Counted from the stretch's first letter, positions 43,988 to 54,169 are shown. The stretch is 64,000 nt of DNA from Methanotrichaceae archaeon (GCA_963754945.1 CAVWIG010000028.1:32001-96000), one strand, 5' to 3'. The notes: generated from the letters alone by a model not told the origin. Made by a program: numbers and translations.

Positions 43988-45191
43988 GGACTTTCACCAC
44001 TCTATCAATCTGCTCTTTGGTCACCACCAGTGGAGGGATGAACCTCAGGGTGTGTTCGCCCGTGTTGTTCAGGATCACTCCCCTATCGAGGGCCTTCTGG
44101 ACCACTTGTTTACAATCCGCATCCAGGTCCAGGCCTATCATCAGCCCAAGCCCGCGGACCTCCCGGGGCCCCAATCGTTCCAGCTCTGAGCGCATGTAAG
44201 CCCCCAGCTCCTTTGACCTCTGGACCATTTTCTCTGATCTGATGGCATCTATAGAGGCAAGCGCAGCGGCGCTGACAAGAGCGCCCCCAGCGAAGGTGGA
44301 GCCGTGGTCTCCCCTCTGGAAGGCTTCTGAGACGCTCTCGGAGGCGAGCATTGCCCCCATCGGAAGTCCGCCAGCCAGAGCCTTTGCTAGTGTCATTATG
44401 TCCGGTCCGACACCGGAGTGCTCTTTTCCAAACCACCTGCCAGTGCGGCCAAAGCCTGTCTGGACCTCGTCGAAGATGAGCAGCGCTCCGGCGTCATCGC
44501 AGACCTGGCGTGCAGCGCGAAGGTAATCGGCATCGGGCACATAGACTCCAGCCTCTCCCTGAATGGGCTCCAGGATTACTGCTCCGGTCTCTTTGGTCAC
44601 TGCAGCCTTCAGGGCCTCAGGGTCGTTGTAAGGCACGAACTCAGCTTCGTTCAGCGGCTTGAAGGGCTCCCTGTATATTGCTTTGTAGGTAGCGCCCAAA
44701 GCCCCCAGGGTCCTGCCGTGGAAGCTGCCCACCGCAGCAACCATCTTTGACTTGCCTGTGGCCCTTCGAGTGAGCTTAAGGGCAGCCTCCACGCTCTCTG
44801 CCCCGGAGTTGCAGAAGTAGGCCCTCTTCATTCCCGTGAGCTTCTTCAGCTCCTCAGCCAGGAGCACCTGGTTCTCGGTGTAGTACAGGTTGGAGGTGTG
44901 AATCAGAATCTCTGCCTGCCTCTTTATGGCCTCGACAACAGCAGGGTGGCAGTGGCCAACGTTGTTCACGGCTATTCCTGCCACGAAGTCGAGGTACTCC
45001 TTGCCCTCCGTGTCCCAGACCTTTGCGCCGGACCCGCGCACCAGAACCACCTTCTGACGGTTGTATGTCTGGATGATGGCCTCAGACTCCCTCTTCATCA
45101 GCTCGTCCTTGTCTATCATGGATACAGCATCCGGTTCAACCGCTTTGCACTTGTCATTCATAGCACCGCACTTGCTGCTCATAAAACTCAT
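43962..45191 (-). CDS. argD: Acetylornithine aminotransferase
   Basis: AGIAVN..GH, NSGAES, FHGRT, DEVQTG.GRTG, AKAL.GG, HGSTF; start uncertain (45119-45191). Confidence 0.9.
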   Translation of the reverse strand: MSFMSSKCGAMNDKCKAVEPDAVSMIDKDELMKRESEAIIQTYNRQKVVLVRGSGAKVWDTEGKEYLDFVAGIAVNNVGHCHPAVVEAIKRQAEILIHTSNLYYTENQVLLAEELKKLTGMKRAYFCNSGAESVEAALKLTRRATGKSKMVAAVGSFHGRTLGALGATYKAIYREPFKPLNEAEFVPYNDPEALKAAVTKETGAVILEPIQGEAGVYVPDADYLRAARQVCDDAGALLIFDEVQTGFGRTGRWFGKEHSGVGPDIMTLAKALAGGLPMGAMLASESVSEAFQRGDHGSTFAGGALVSAAALASIDAIRSEKMVQRSKELGAYMRSELERLGPREVRGLGLMIGLDLDADCKQVVQKALDRGVILNNTGEHTLRFIPPLVVTKEQIDRVVKVLGEVLEES

Positions 45192-45829
45192 AAAACGCTC
45201 CTGGCAAAGCGGAGGCTCGTCTGTATCTGGCGGTTGACGTCCCTGTCAGTGATCTCCATGTGGCCTGGATACAAAGTCTTGACGTCTAGGCCAGTCAACC
45301 TCTCGATGGACTTTATCAGCTTTATCGTGTCCCCACCGTACATGTCCGTCCGGCCGATGTTTCCGTCGGGAAAGACGGTGTCCCCGGAGAAGAGGACTTT
45401 CTCCGTCCTCTCGTAGAGGCAGATGCTGCCCTCTGAATGGCCTGGGGTCTCCAGGACCTCAAGCTTCCACGTTCCGATGTCCAGGACCATGCCGTTGGAC
45501 ACTGTCCCGTCGACTTTGTACTCAGGAGCTTTCTGTCCAAAGAGGTAGGACACTGTTGTGAGGTCGTCGCCCACGCAGCCCACCTCTTTTTCGCTTAGTA
45601 GGAGCTTCGCCCCAGTGACCTCCTTGATCTCCGGTGCAGCCCCGGAGTGGTCGTGGTGGCAGTGAGTAAGAACTATCGTCTCTATCTTTTTGGGATCTAT
45701 ATATTTTCTGATATTTTTTAAGGTGGGTCCGGCCACCATGCCAGCGTCAACCAGTATGGGCCTCTCGTCGAGGATCAGGTAGACGTTGCCATCGTTGGCG
45801 GTACCGCTAACCTTATGCACTTCGACCAT
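45188..45829 (-). CDS. MBL-fold metallo-hydrolase
   Basis: THCHHDH, TPGHS, SGD, PGH; start at ATG 45829. Confidence 0.88.
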   Translation of the reverse strand: MVEVHKVSGTANDGNVYLILDERPILVDAGMVAGPTLKNIRKYIDPKKIETIVLTHCHHDHSGAAPEIKEVTGAKLLLSEKEVGCVGDDLTTVSYLFGQKAPEYKVDGTVSNGMVLDIGTWKLEVLETPGHSEGSICLYERTEKVLFSGDTVFPDGNIGRTDMYGGDTIKLIKSIERLTGLDVKTLYPGHMEITDRDVNRQIQTSLRFARSVL

Positions 45830-45879
45830 GCAAACACCTTCCCAAGGACTGTAACTCTTACTGTATATTAGTTGATAGC

Positions 45880-47154
45880 ATGACCCTGATGGAAGAGGCA
45901 AACGGTGGGCAGGTGCCCAAAGATATCGAACTCGCAGCAAAGCGTGAGGGAATAGAGCCAGCCAGGCTAGCCAGGCTTGTTGCAGCGGGCCGCGTAGTTA
46001 TACCAAGGAACGTTCGCCGGGAGATCGAGCCCATGGGTGTAGGGGAGCTTCTGACCACCAAGGTGAACGTGAACGTCGGGACTTCGCAGGCTCTGGACAG
46101 TCCAGAGACTGAGGTGGAGAAGGCCCTGGCAGCGGTGGAGGCGGGTGCTGACACTGTAATGGACCTGTCAACTGGCGGAGACCTGGACCTGGTTCGCCGC
46201 AGGATCCTCGATTCAGTCAGGGTTCCAGTCGGATCGGTTCCCATTTACAATGCAGCGGTCAAGAAGGATCTCACCTCGCAGGGCCTCTTCGATGCTCTCG
46301 AGAAGCACGCCAAGGACGGAGTGGACTATGTGACGGTTCATGTGGGCGTGAACAAGGTCTCCCTTGAACGGCTCAAACAGGACCCGCGGATCATGGGAGT
46401 TGTGAGCCGTGGCGGTTCGCTGACGATGAAGTACATCGCCGAGACAGGCGAGGATAACCCCTACTACGAGGAGTACGACTACCTCCTGGAGATGGCCAGG
46501 GAGTACGAGCTTACCCTGAGCTTGGGCGACGGCCTCCGTCCCGGCTGCATAGAGGACGCCTCGGACCGGGCCAAGTACATGGAGTTCATAATGCTTGGCG
46601 AGCTGGTCCGGAGGGCCCGAAAGGCCGGAGTGCAGGCAATGGTGGAGGGACCAGGGCACGTTCCGGCTGACGAGATCGAAACATCGGTCCGGGCCATGAA
46701 GCACTTGACGGACGGAGCACCGCTGTACCTGCTGGGGCCGCTGGTCACGGACATCGCTCCAGGCTACGACCACATCACTGCGGCCATGGGTGGAGTGATT
46801 GCAGGTATGGCAGGGGCTGACTTCCTCTGTGCCACGACACCCTCCGAGCACCTCGATCTTCCGACGAAGGAGGACGTAATTGAGGGCACTTATGTCACCA
46901 GAGTGGCCGCTCACGCCGCAGACCTGACCCGGCCGGGCGTTCGGGAACGCGCGCGGGCCTGGGACCTGAGGATGGCAAAAGCACGGGCGGAGCTGGATTG
47001 GGAAGGGCAGTTCAATGCTGCCATAAATCCCGCCAGGGCAAGGCAGATTCGGCATCGTCGGGGCGTGGAGACGGACACCTGCACCATGTGCAGCGAGCTG
47101 TGTGCCATCAGGCTGGCAAAAGAAGCGATGGAACGGGAGAAGGAGCGGAAGTGA
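45880..47154 (+). CDS. thiC: Phosphomethylpyrimidine synthase (ThiC family; BzaA/B paralogue not excluded)
   Basis: [34 protein letters not shown]...C. Confidence 0.88.
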   Translation: MTLMEEANGGQVPKDIELAAKREGIEPARLARLVAAGRVVIPRNVRREIEPMGVGELLTTKVNVNVGTSQALDSPETEVEKALAAVEAGADTVMDLSTGGDLDLVRRRILDSVRVPVGSVPIYNAAVKKDLTSQGLFDALEKHAKDGVDYVTVHVGVNKVSLERLKQDPRIMGVVSRGGSLTMKYIAETGEDNPYYEEYDYLLEMAREYELTLSLGDGLRPGCIEDASDRAKYMEFIMLGELVRRARKAGVQAMVEGPGHVPADEIETSVRAMKHLTDGAPLYLLGPLVTDIAPGYDHITAAMGGVIAGMAGADFLCATTPSEHLDLPTKEDVIEGTYVTRVAAHAADLTRPGVRERARAWDLRMAKARAELDWEGQFNAAINPARARQIRHRRGVETDTCTMCSELCAIRLAKEAMEREKERK

Positions 47155-47219
47155 GCCGCCCTTCATGGATACAATAGTAAACCGCCATGGAGTAGAGTGA
47201 TTGCTGCTTTATTTTTAAG

Positions 47220-47800
47220 TGAATACCCCGCAGCTTGCTGCGGGGATGAGCATGAAAACCGACTTAAGGGTAGTTGCATATTCGGCTTATGGTTAAATTA
47301 GGAAGGGCGAATCATTGCGTGTACAAAATTAGGTATCACATGGTTCTATGTATAAAGTATAGAAAGAAATTACTTTCTCGAAATAATAAGATTGAATATT
47401 TCAAATATATTTGCTCAGAATTGGGAGAACGATATCAATTTGTATTTGATGCCATTGGGACTGATGGAGATCACATACATATTTTCGTTGGAGCAGCTCC
47501 AAAGCATTCGCCATCAAGGATTATGCAAATAATAAAAAGCATAACCGCAAGAGAAATTTTCAAAAGATTTCCTCAAATCAAAAAAGCACTTTGGGGCAGC
47601 GAATTTTGGAGCGATGGGGGGATATATTGGGACGGTAGGTGATGGGATATTATCGGACATAATTCGCAATTATGTCGAAATGCAAGGAACAACGGAAGAA
47701 AAAGAAGGATTTAAGCAAATGAGTTTGCTTGAATTCGATTAACTTGGCGGCGGCGGGAACATGCCCCGCCTGCTTGCAGCGGGGTCCGCCGCCGCAACGT
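47220..47800 (+). mobile_element. IS200-type element (tnpA only); ends approximate
   Basis: Subterminal hairpins CCCCGCAGC-TT-GCTGCGGGG (47226-47245) and CCCCGCCTGC-TT-GCAGCGGGG (47764-47784) flank an AT-rich tnpA. Confidence 0.85.
47289..47742 (+). pseudogene. tnpA: IS200/IS605 HUH (Y1) transposase, +1 frameshift
   Basis: YH.V.C.KYR, DHIH, IKSITA, FWSDG. Removing one G from G6 at 47616-47621 restores GYIGTVG...IRNYV..Q. Confidence 0.85.
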
Positions 47801-47859
47801 TTGACTTTTGGTCACCAATAAGAGAAATCCAGGATTTAGATGAAGGCTGATATCCCATC

Positions 47860-48025
47860 GATTTGTGATCGAATTGATAGCCTCCGATGAATTTAAGTGG
47901 CTGAGCATGCAGTAAGACAAATAGCCGCATCCTGCTTTGCCCCATGCTGCGCCCCATGAGATCTTTATGAAGAGTGACACCGCCCAACGGTATTTTCATG
48001 GATTCGACTAGGAACTTTTTTTAGC
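47860..48025 (-). pseudogene. Remnant of a papain-like (C1A) peptidase C-terminus
   Basis: LFIKISWGAAWGKAGCGYLSY resembles the C1A motif ..NSWG..WG..GY; no intact upstream frame. Confidence 0.45.
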
Positions 48026-48065
48026 GTGATCGTTGGATGGATGGTCGGTTGTAAAATAAGGTCCG

Positions 48066-48094
48066 GCTCGATCGGGCGATAAGCCTGATCGAGC
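48066..48094 (-). terminator. Hairpin just downstream of the S53 gene
   Basis: GCTCGATCGGGC-GATAA-GCCTGATCGAGC, 12-bp stem with one imperfect pair. Confidence 0.5.
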
Positions 48095-48107
48095 GCCACT
48101 ACGGTCA

Positions 48108-49679
48108 TCAAAGGTTGCTTAGAGCTTGCAGCAGCTTGGTTCCGTCAGGTGTGCCGAGACCAGTGCAGGGGTCCCAGCCCGGCCCGGCATTGTAAGCTCC
48201 ATTGTTGCCAACGGTTATATCACGCAATGCGCCAGAATTAGCTAGCTGGTTGTAGAGCAGAGGGTTCAGATAGCCAACAGGCTTTCCGAGCTTCTGGTTG
48301 ATGAGGGCTATCAGGCCAGCCCAAAGGGGAGCTACCGCACTGGTTCCGCCGAAAACATCATTCTGTCCGTTGAGCAGTATGATGTAGCCAGTATTGGGAT
48401 CTGCATCTCCGGCTACGTCTGGTATACCCCTTCCTACTTTACCGCCGGGATTCGTCGATGGAGGGACATTGGCGTTTGATTGCCAGCTTGGCAACGGGAA
48501 GAAATCGCTTATACCCCCGCCAGTTGCACTTCCCGGACCAGCGTTCCATGTGGTCTCACTTGAAGCATCAAGCCTTGTGCCGCCGCAACCTGTGGCATAT
48601 GGACTGGATGCAGGGAAATCCGCATGAGCCATGTTGTCAGTTTCATTGTCTTTTGAACCGTCATCCCCGGCTGCAACAAAGACTGTAACGCCCACAGCAG
48701 CAGCAGCCTGGATGGCCTGGTCCATGGCTTGCATGGCCTGAGATGTCCATTCCTTCTCTGCTGCGCCCCAGCTTATTGATATTACTGTTGGCTTATTGAT
48801 TTTATCGTGAACAGCGGCGTTGATGGCATCAAGGAACCCTTTGTCTGAGTTGGGAGCAAAATAAACTGCAAGCTTCGACTTGGGAGCTATGCCTCCAGCC
48901 ACTTCGATATCGAGAACGACCTCACCATCTGCATCGCTTCCGGGCTGGTTTCGCGCACCATCGACTGAGATTGCGGTGACCTTGGGTTGGGTTAATTTAA
49001 GCCCTTTGAAATATGTGCTGATATCCTTAGCCTTGTAACCGCCCCCAAGTTCAATAATAGCTATGCACTGGTTACTGCCATCCAGTCCAGGTGGGAAATT
49101 GTAGAGCTCTGCAAGCTGGGGCGGAGTATAAGAGATCCCCGCAGCCATAGCCCTTACAGTCCCTCCTTGTTTTTCAAGGCGAACCGAGTGGGGCCTGAAC
49201 ACATGACGATCGTCTAGCCCGAAGACGCCAACGATGATTGAGGCCAGATCGGCAGGCACCTGGACCGGACCAACACGGCCTCTGTACTTGCCAGTTGGGC
49301 TATCGTACATTGAGAGCTTGGTGCCAAATGCCTCACTCAGATCAGTTACGGTGCCTGATAGGGATATACTGCTGCTTTCAGGACTTACCTTAACGATGGT
49401 CAAGCCATGTTCATGGGCGAATTCTTCTATCTTCGCGAGATCATCCGGATTTAGGGCATTGGCCGTGGCAAACTCCTCGCGGCTTAAATATCTGCGCTCC
49501 TTCAGCGGCTGAGCGCTAATCTCTCTGACTGAAGAAATCTGTGTACCTGCTCCTTTTGAGCGAAGAACAACAGTCACTTCTACAACTTCATTTGGGTCAG
49601 GTGTGCCAACTGACTTGGCATTTTTCACAAGAGCGCGTTCGCTTCCCGAGATAGGTTTTAGATCTTTACCGACAACCAT
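48108..49679 (-). CDS. S53 (sedolisin/kumamolisin) peptidase with prodomain
   Basis: E...D in GEVVLDIE, SISWG, AAGDDG, GGTSAVAP, GWDPCTGLGTP. Confidence 0.93.
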   Translation of the reverse strand: MVVGKDLKPISGSERALVKNAKSVGTPDPNEVVEVTVVLRSKGAGTQISSVREISAQPLKERRYLSREEFATANALNPDDLAKIEEFAHEHGLTIVKVSPESSSISLSGTVTDLSEAFGTKLSMYDSPTGKYRGRVGPVQVPADLASIIVGVFGLDDRHVFRPHSVRLEKQGGTVRAMAAGISYTPPQLAELYNFPPGLDGSNQCIAIIELGGGYKAKDISTYFKGLKLTQPKVTAISVDGARNQPGSDADGEVVLDIEVAGGIAPKSKLAVYFAPNSDKGFLDAINAAVHDKINKPTVISISWGAAEKEWTSQAMQAMDQAIQAAAAVGVTVFVAAGDDGSKDNETDNMAHADFPASSPYATGCGGTRLDASSETTWNAGPGSATGGGISDFFPLPSWQSNANVPPSTNPGGKVGRGIPDVAGDADPNTGYIILLNGQNDVFGGTSAVAPLWAGLIALINQKLGKPVGYLNPLLYNQLANSGALRDITVGNNGAYNAGPGWDPCTGLGTPDGTKLLQALSNL

Positions 49680-49846
49680 ATATTTTCACCTTTTATAGGT
49701 AATACTCCTTTATCGTATATATAACCAATAATTTTTTAGAGAGTCATATGTGGAATATCTTAAATAAATTTATATTGATTAATTTATGATTTAAGCTCAC
49801 TAGATATAACAACCAGCTACTGCCATGATCGAGGGCATGCAAGATC

Positions 49847-49913
49847 ACGCGCACGTGCCTGGGACCTGCGGATGGTAAAATCACGGGCTGAGCTGAACTG
49901 GGAAGGGCAGTTC
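49847..49913 (+). repeat. Diverged direct-repeat copy of thiC 46947-47013
   Basis: 59/67 nt identical by manual alignment, no gaps, offset 2900 nt. Confidence 0.85.
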
Positions 49914-49978
49914 CTAACTAGAACAATTCTTAAATATCATGTCTTAACAACTTTATACCATTAAAGGAGCTAACTTCT

Positions 49979-50134
49979 ATGGCAGAATGCGAAAACACAC
50001 ACGTATTCATCAGAGACCAGCTTCCCTATGGTGGTGGGGTAAATATTCGGGGCCAGATAGTCTGGCGCATCACCAAGGAAGAGCACGATGCCATGAAAGC
50101 GAGAGTCTTGAGCCTATTCGAGGAAGATGAGTAG
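49979..50134 (+). CDS. 51-aa ORF, candidate antitoxin
   Basis: Not in ORF track: MAECENTHVFIRDQLPYGGGVNIRGQIVWRITKEEHDAMKARVLSLFEEDE; AAAGGAG upstream; overlaps the PIN start. Confidence 0.55.
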   Translation: MAECENTHVFIRDQLPYGGGVNIRGQIVWRITKEEHDAMKARVLSLFEEDE

Positions 50135-50534
50135 GATTGCAGTCGATTCTAATATCTTTTTCTTCTCCTTCAAATCCCATCGCAGAGACATAAACCCTCG
50201 TGATGTTGAACGGCTTCTGAGAAAAATGAGTGGCGATCCGAGGATTGATCTCTTCGTGCCCGTTTCTGTTTTTGGTGAGAGTGTTATCGAGTGCCTCCAA
50301 GGAGAAAGAGCTGGCGACAGCGGGCATGATGTAAAGAGCTTTATCGCTTGATCGAGCTTTGGAGTGCTTTGAACCTGCTGTTTCTTTATCCAAACGATGT
50401 AGTTGCAGCCGTCTGTTATCAGTTAAGCCAGAGAAAAGAGGAAAGGAGAGATTTTAGGCTTTCTGATACAGATCTGGTCCATCTTGGATACGTCCTGGCG
50501 CACGAGATGGATTATTTCTTGACCACCGACAAGG

Positions 50535-51819
50535 GAGAGTTTCGAAAAACTAATCAATCGAAATACTTATATACTATTAATACTATAATATAATGCATGA
50601 GGACTCTCATTGATTTTGCCATTCGAGCAGAATATGCTCGAGTAAAAGCCCTCGGAGATGATCTATCCGAGATCGGATCGTTGATCAATTGGGAGCGTTT
50701 CAGATTTTTGGAACCATTGATATACAAAAATAAAACTAGCCGCGGAGGTCGTCCGAACATTGACATCGTGATTATGGTGAAAGCTCTCGTAATTCAGCAT
50801 TGGTTTGGTCTAACAGATCCAGAACTGGAGCGACAGGTTGCGGATAGGATCTCTTTTCGTATTTTCCTTGGCACCACTGAAGTAATTCCTGATTTCAGCA
50901 CAGTTTGGCTATTCCGTGAACGTTTGATTAAGTGCGACGTATACGATGATCTTTGGAATGAGCTTCAAAGGCAGCTCGATGAGATGGGGTTTACTGTAAA
51001 GAATGGCACTATCCAGGATGCAACCTTCATAACTTCGGACCCAGGTCGGAAGAGGAACAAGAAAGACGAGCAAGGCGGGGACAAAAAGGAAGGTCAAGAT
51101 TCCGAAGCCACCAGTACGAGCCTGAATCAGGAGTTTGATAAAGAGCTAATTGGTATTTCAAATAATATTATTGATGACAAGGCCAAACCACAGAGACTCG
51201 AAGAAGAGCCAATAAATGAGGGAAGTTGGGCAAAAAAGGGTGTCAAATCCTTTTTCGGATATAAAGGTCATATCTCAATCGATACCAATTACCACCTTAT
51301 CAGATATTTTGAGACTACAACTGCTTCTGTACACGATAGTCAGGTAGATCTTGGAATTGAAGGGCTACCACGTTACGCCGATAAGGGATATGATGGTGCA
51401 AAAACTCGAGGATATGATGCAGCCATGAAAAAAGCTACAAGAGGTCACAAGCTTGGAATCATAGATCTTCTGAGGAATAAGAGAATCAGTAAAACGCGAT
51501 CGCACATCGAAAGATGCTTCGCTGTTATGAAGCGGGGGCATAAGGGAGCACATGTTTATGTAACAACTGTCGCAAGAGCTGGAGTAAAATTCATGATGAA
51601 TTCGGTCGTTTACAACCTGGAACAGTTGAAATATTTAGTGCATAAACAAACAGCCTAGCGGAAGCTCTCTAAAAAAGCGCAAAAATTAGAAACAACAAGG
51701 TAAATTGAAATCTAATAAGCCAATTTAGGGGTGAAATATGCTAAAAAACCACTATAAAGATTGAAAATATTAACGCAAGAATTTAAGGCTTCATTAACCA
51801 ACACTAAATCGAAACCCTC
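50535..51819 (+). mobile_element. IS5-family element, copy 2 (1285 bp)
   Basis: Same TIRs and length as copy 1; TSD AAGG at 50531-50534 and 51820-51823. Confidence 0.95.
50597..51658 (+). CDS. IS5-family DDE transposase
   Basis: Protein identical to 8439-9500. Confidence 0.95.
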   Translation: MRTLIDFAIRAEYARVKALGDDLSEIGSLINWERFRFLEPLIYKNKTSRGGRPNIDIVIMVKALVIQHWFGLTDPELERQVADRISFRIFLGTTEVIPDFSTVWLFRERLIKCDVYDDLWNELQRQLDEMGFTVKNGTIQDATFITSDPGRKRNKKDEQGGDKKEGQDSEATSTSLNQEFDKELIGISNNIIDDKAKPQRLEEEPINEGSWAKKGVKSFFGYKGHISIDTNYHLIRYFETTTASVHDSQVDLGIEGLPRYADKGYDGAKTRGYDAAMKKATRGHKLGIIDLLRNKRISKTRSHIERCFAVMKRGHKGAHVYVTTVARAGVKFMMNSVVYNLEQLKYLVHKQTA

Positions 51820-51954
51820 AAGGATCTGAAACACGTTGATCCCTACATTCCAAGAAAGCAAAGCTGCGAGTAATTGGCCTTGAAGATGCCAGGGATCTAT
51901 TTTGAATGATGATCCCTTGATTGGCATTTCGTTACCTTAGAAGGATTGCTACAC

Positions 51955-51989
51955 CGTATGTCCAGCAGCCACTGCGTATCATCCCTCAT
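51955..51989 (-). pseudogene. N-terminal stub of a HEPN (DUF86) toxin
   Basis: [11 protein letters not shown] starts in an ATGA overlap with the MNT stop; similarity is lost afterwards. Confidence 0.5.
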
Positions 51990-52270
51990 AGTGACACAGC
52001 TTCTTTCAGTACTCGGTCTCGAATCCTTTTCCTAAGCCCCTTTTCCGTCACGACTTCCACGCGACATCCCAAAAGATCCTGCAGTTCCATAAGAAGCCCG
52101 CCAGATCAAGCAGGCTCAGCCCGGCTCCATCTCCACAAGAAGGTCCAGATCGCTGGCTACATCTGCCTCGCCCCTGGCAACTGAGCCGAAGAGGCGAACC
52201 GTTAGGACTCCGTGCTTGGCAGCGATGTGTAATATCTCCCAGCGCTTGTCCCTGAGTGACTGGATGTTCT
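51986..52270 (-). pseudogene. Minimal nucleotidyltransferase (MNT) antitoxin, frameshifted
   Basis: Not in ORF track: EILHIAAKHGVLTVRLFGSVARGEADVASDLDLLVEMEPG / SLLDL / [34 protein letters not shown]. Confidence 0.85.
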
Positions 52271-52447
52271 GAATAAGACTCCCTGCTGCGGATATGCCCG
52301 CAATTCCATAAGAGCTGCATGATATTTATCTTTGCTTAATCGAACTGGTTAGCTCATCTGGACGAAGAAATGCTATTGCAATAGTTTCGCTAGTGTGGTC
52401 CTTTATTTAAAGATGAAGAAAGAGCTGATGGAGAGAGATAAAAGAAG

Positions 52448-54169
52448 CTAGGTAATGTTATTCCACTTTTTTATACGTTCGATTATTTCTACCATTCTTT
52501 TTTCTAGGTCAAATGTTGCGCCAAGATCTTGTCTATCCAGATACGGTCTAATTTTCTCCGCAAACATAACTTTTTTTTGAGAAAACTTTGAGCCCTCGCC
52601 AGGTTTTATTTCATTCAGATAGCTCCAGAAATTGTCGTACAATCCCAAATCCTTCTGAACCTCGATTTCATAAAGCTTTGAAACAGCAATTTTCGAGATA
52701 TAATTCTCGACTTCTCTTCCTGAAGTTATCCAACATAAACCATTTATTTCTTCAATTTCTTTACAGATTCTCTTTTTCGTATCATTTATCGGATCTGATT
52801 CGGTCCTTTTATCACTATCGATAAGCATAATAGCTTTTCGGTTTGTTGATAAAATTTTGATTAATTTAGGTTCTCCTTCTCCAGGCACCTCAGCAGATAA
52901 ATGAGCCAACAAACGCCCACCATAAAAGACACATTGATAATGTGCTTCCTCACGCAATGTGCCATTAGACCACAATTCCACCCATCTATTAAAATACAGC
53001 CTATCTGAAGGGCCTTCAACCCAAATCACGCCGTTGGACTGCAATAAATCGCTGGCACGGATTTCTAAATCGTCTAGGATTCCCGTTTTTTGGATGTATG
53101 TCTTTACTGGATTTGACGTTGCTTCTGTGCCATTATGGATGATATGGTATATCTGCGTGATAGCATCGCTGCTAAAGAGATCTATTACCACATTTGAATG
53201 AGTGGTAAGGAAAAAATGCGCTTTGTTTGTTAATGCAATCCCTCTAAGATATGAAAATAATCTCCTTTGGAGTGCCGGATGTAAATTGTTCTCAAGTTCT
53301 TCAAAAGCAAATATATAATTACTTAAAGGTCGCTTTTCCACATATGGAATTAATAAAATGTAAATTAGAACTATCAATATTGTTTTCAAACCGCTTCCTG
53401 ATTTTGATAAAGCTACTCGTCCCTTATGTTCTTCTTCGAGGTATATTTCCCAATTGCCGCCATCCAATTGTTGAACAAGAAACCGCCTAAAACTTGAATC
53501 AGGCTCTATAATCCTATTCAATTCACCAAGCAATTTTTCCTCCACTAACTCGCTAGGCAAATCTGATTTATTTATAAATTGCTCTAATATATTTGTTGCA
53601 CCATCCCCGTTCTCTTGAACTTTTAGTTCATTGCTTGACGTTTCTGGACGAATATCTCTTTCTGCACGAATTTTTTTAAATACAAAAGTAGTGAAAGGAT
53701 TATCTAATCTTGACGCTAATTCGTTGAAAAGACCCCTATTCCTTTTAATATCCACTTCTGATTCTATGCTAAATAACTCATTTTTTCTGTTATGATTAAT
53801 CCCGACTGTTATCTTTTTTCCCACAAATTTCTTTCCAAAAACCCAATAATTTCCGATAGCGCTGTTGGAAGTGTCCTCTCGAAACACCTTTTTGATTTCA
53901 GATTCTGTCAAAGTCTTTGAGAGTATGACCTCAGGTTGGTTGCCTTTATATCCTGATAATTCTAAATACCATTTTTTGGGTGATATGGCATATTCTATTA
54001 AGTCCAATAAACTAGATTTCCCAGAATTATTTCTCCCAATTAGCACATTTATTGGCTTAATGACATCGAATCCTTGATGAACCCCACCAAAGCACTTATA
54101 ATTTTTTATCTTTAGGGATACATCCGCTAATATATCCGGATCTACTGTTGACGGTTGGATTGGCACCAT
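52448..54169 (-). CDS. OLD-family ABC-ATPase + TOPRIM nuclease
   Basis: IKNYKCF, Walker A GRNNSGKS, signature SGSG, Walker B FEELENNLHP, LTTHS, TOPRIM WVEGPSD and IDSD, REVENY; AT-rich; start estimated. Confidence 0.88.
   Translation of the reverse strand: MVPIQPSTVDPDILADVSLKIKNYKCFGGVHQGFDVIKPINVLIGRNNSGKSSLLDLIEYAISPKKWYLELSGYKGNQPEVILSKTLTESEIKKVFREDTSNSAIGNYWVFGKKFVGKKITVGINHNRKNELFSIESEVDIKRNRGLFNELASRLDNPFTTFVFKKIRAERDIRPETSSNELKVQENGDGATNILEQFINKSDLPSELVEEKLLGELNRIIEPDSSFRRFLVQQLDGGNWEIYLEEEHKGRVALSKSGSGLKTILIVLIYILLIPYVEKRPLSNYIFAFEELENNLHPALQRRLFSYLRGIALTNKAHFFLTTHSNVVIDLFSSDAITQIYHIIHNGTEATSNPVKTYIQKTGILDDLEIRASDLLQSNGVIWVEGPSDRLYFNRWVELWSNGTLREEAHYQCVFYGGRLLAHLSAEVPGEGEPKLIKILSTNRKAIMLIDSDKRTESDPINDTKKRICKEIEEINGLCWITSGREVENYISKIAVSKLYEIEVQKDLGLYDNFWSYLNEIKPGEGSKFSQKKVMFAEKIRPYLDRQDLGATFDLEKRMVEIIERIKKWNNIT

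Larger units (their letters stand above)
50127..51873 (+). pseudogene. PIN-domain (VapC-like) nuclease, frameshifted and interrupted by IS5
   Basis: IAVDSNIF, V.GE, LSDTDLVHL, FLTTDK; 1-nt loss near 50335; tail KDLKHVDPYIPRKQSCE* after the IS. Confidence 0.8.

Noticed and set aside
45830-45879. TPP riboswitch upstream of thiC
   Set aside because: The spacer is only 50 nt, shared with a divergent gene, and lacks the aptamer motifs
46213-47166. 317-aa minus-strand ORF, and similar long ORFs such as 888-1553, 4768-5394, 19337-19954, 20974-21672, 21880-22539 and 59543-60268
   Set aside because: Antisense shadows of well-supported genes in GC-rich DNA, with no recognisable motifs
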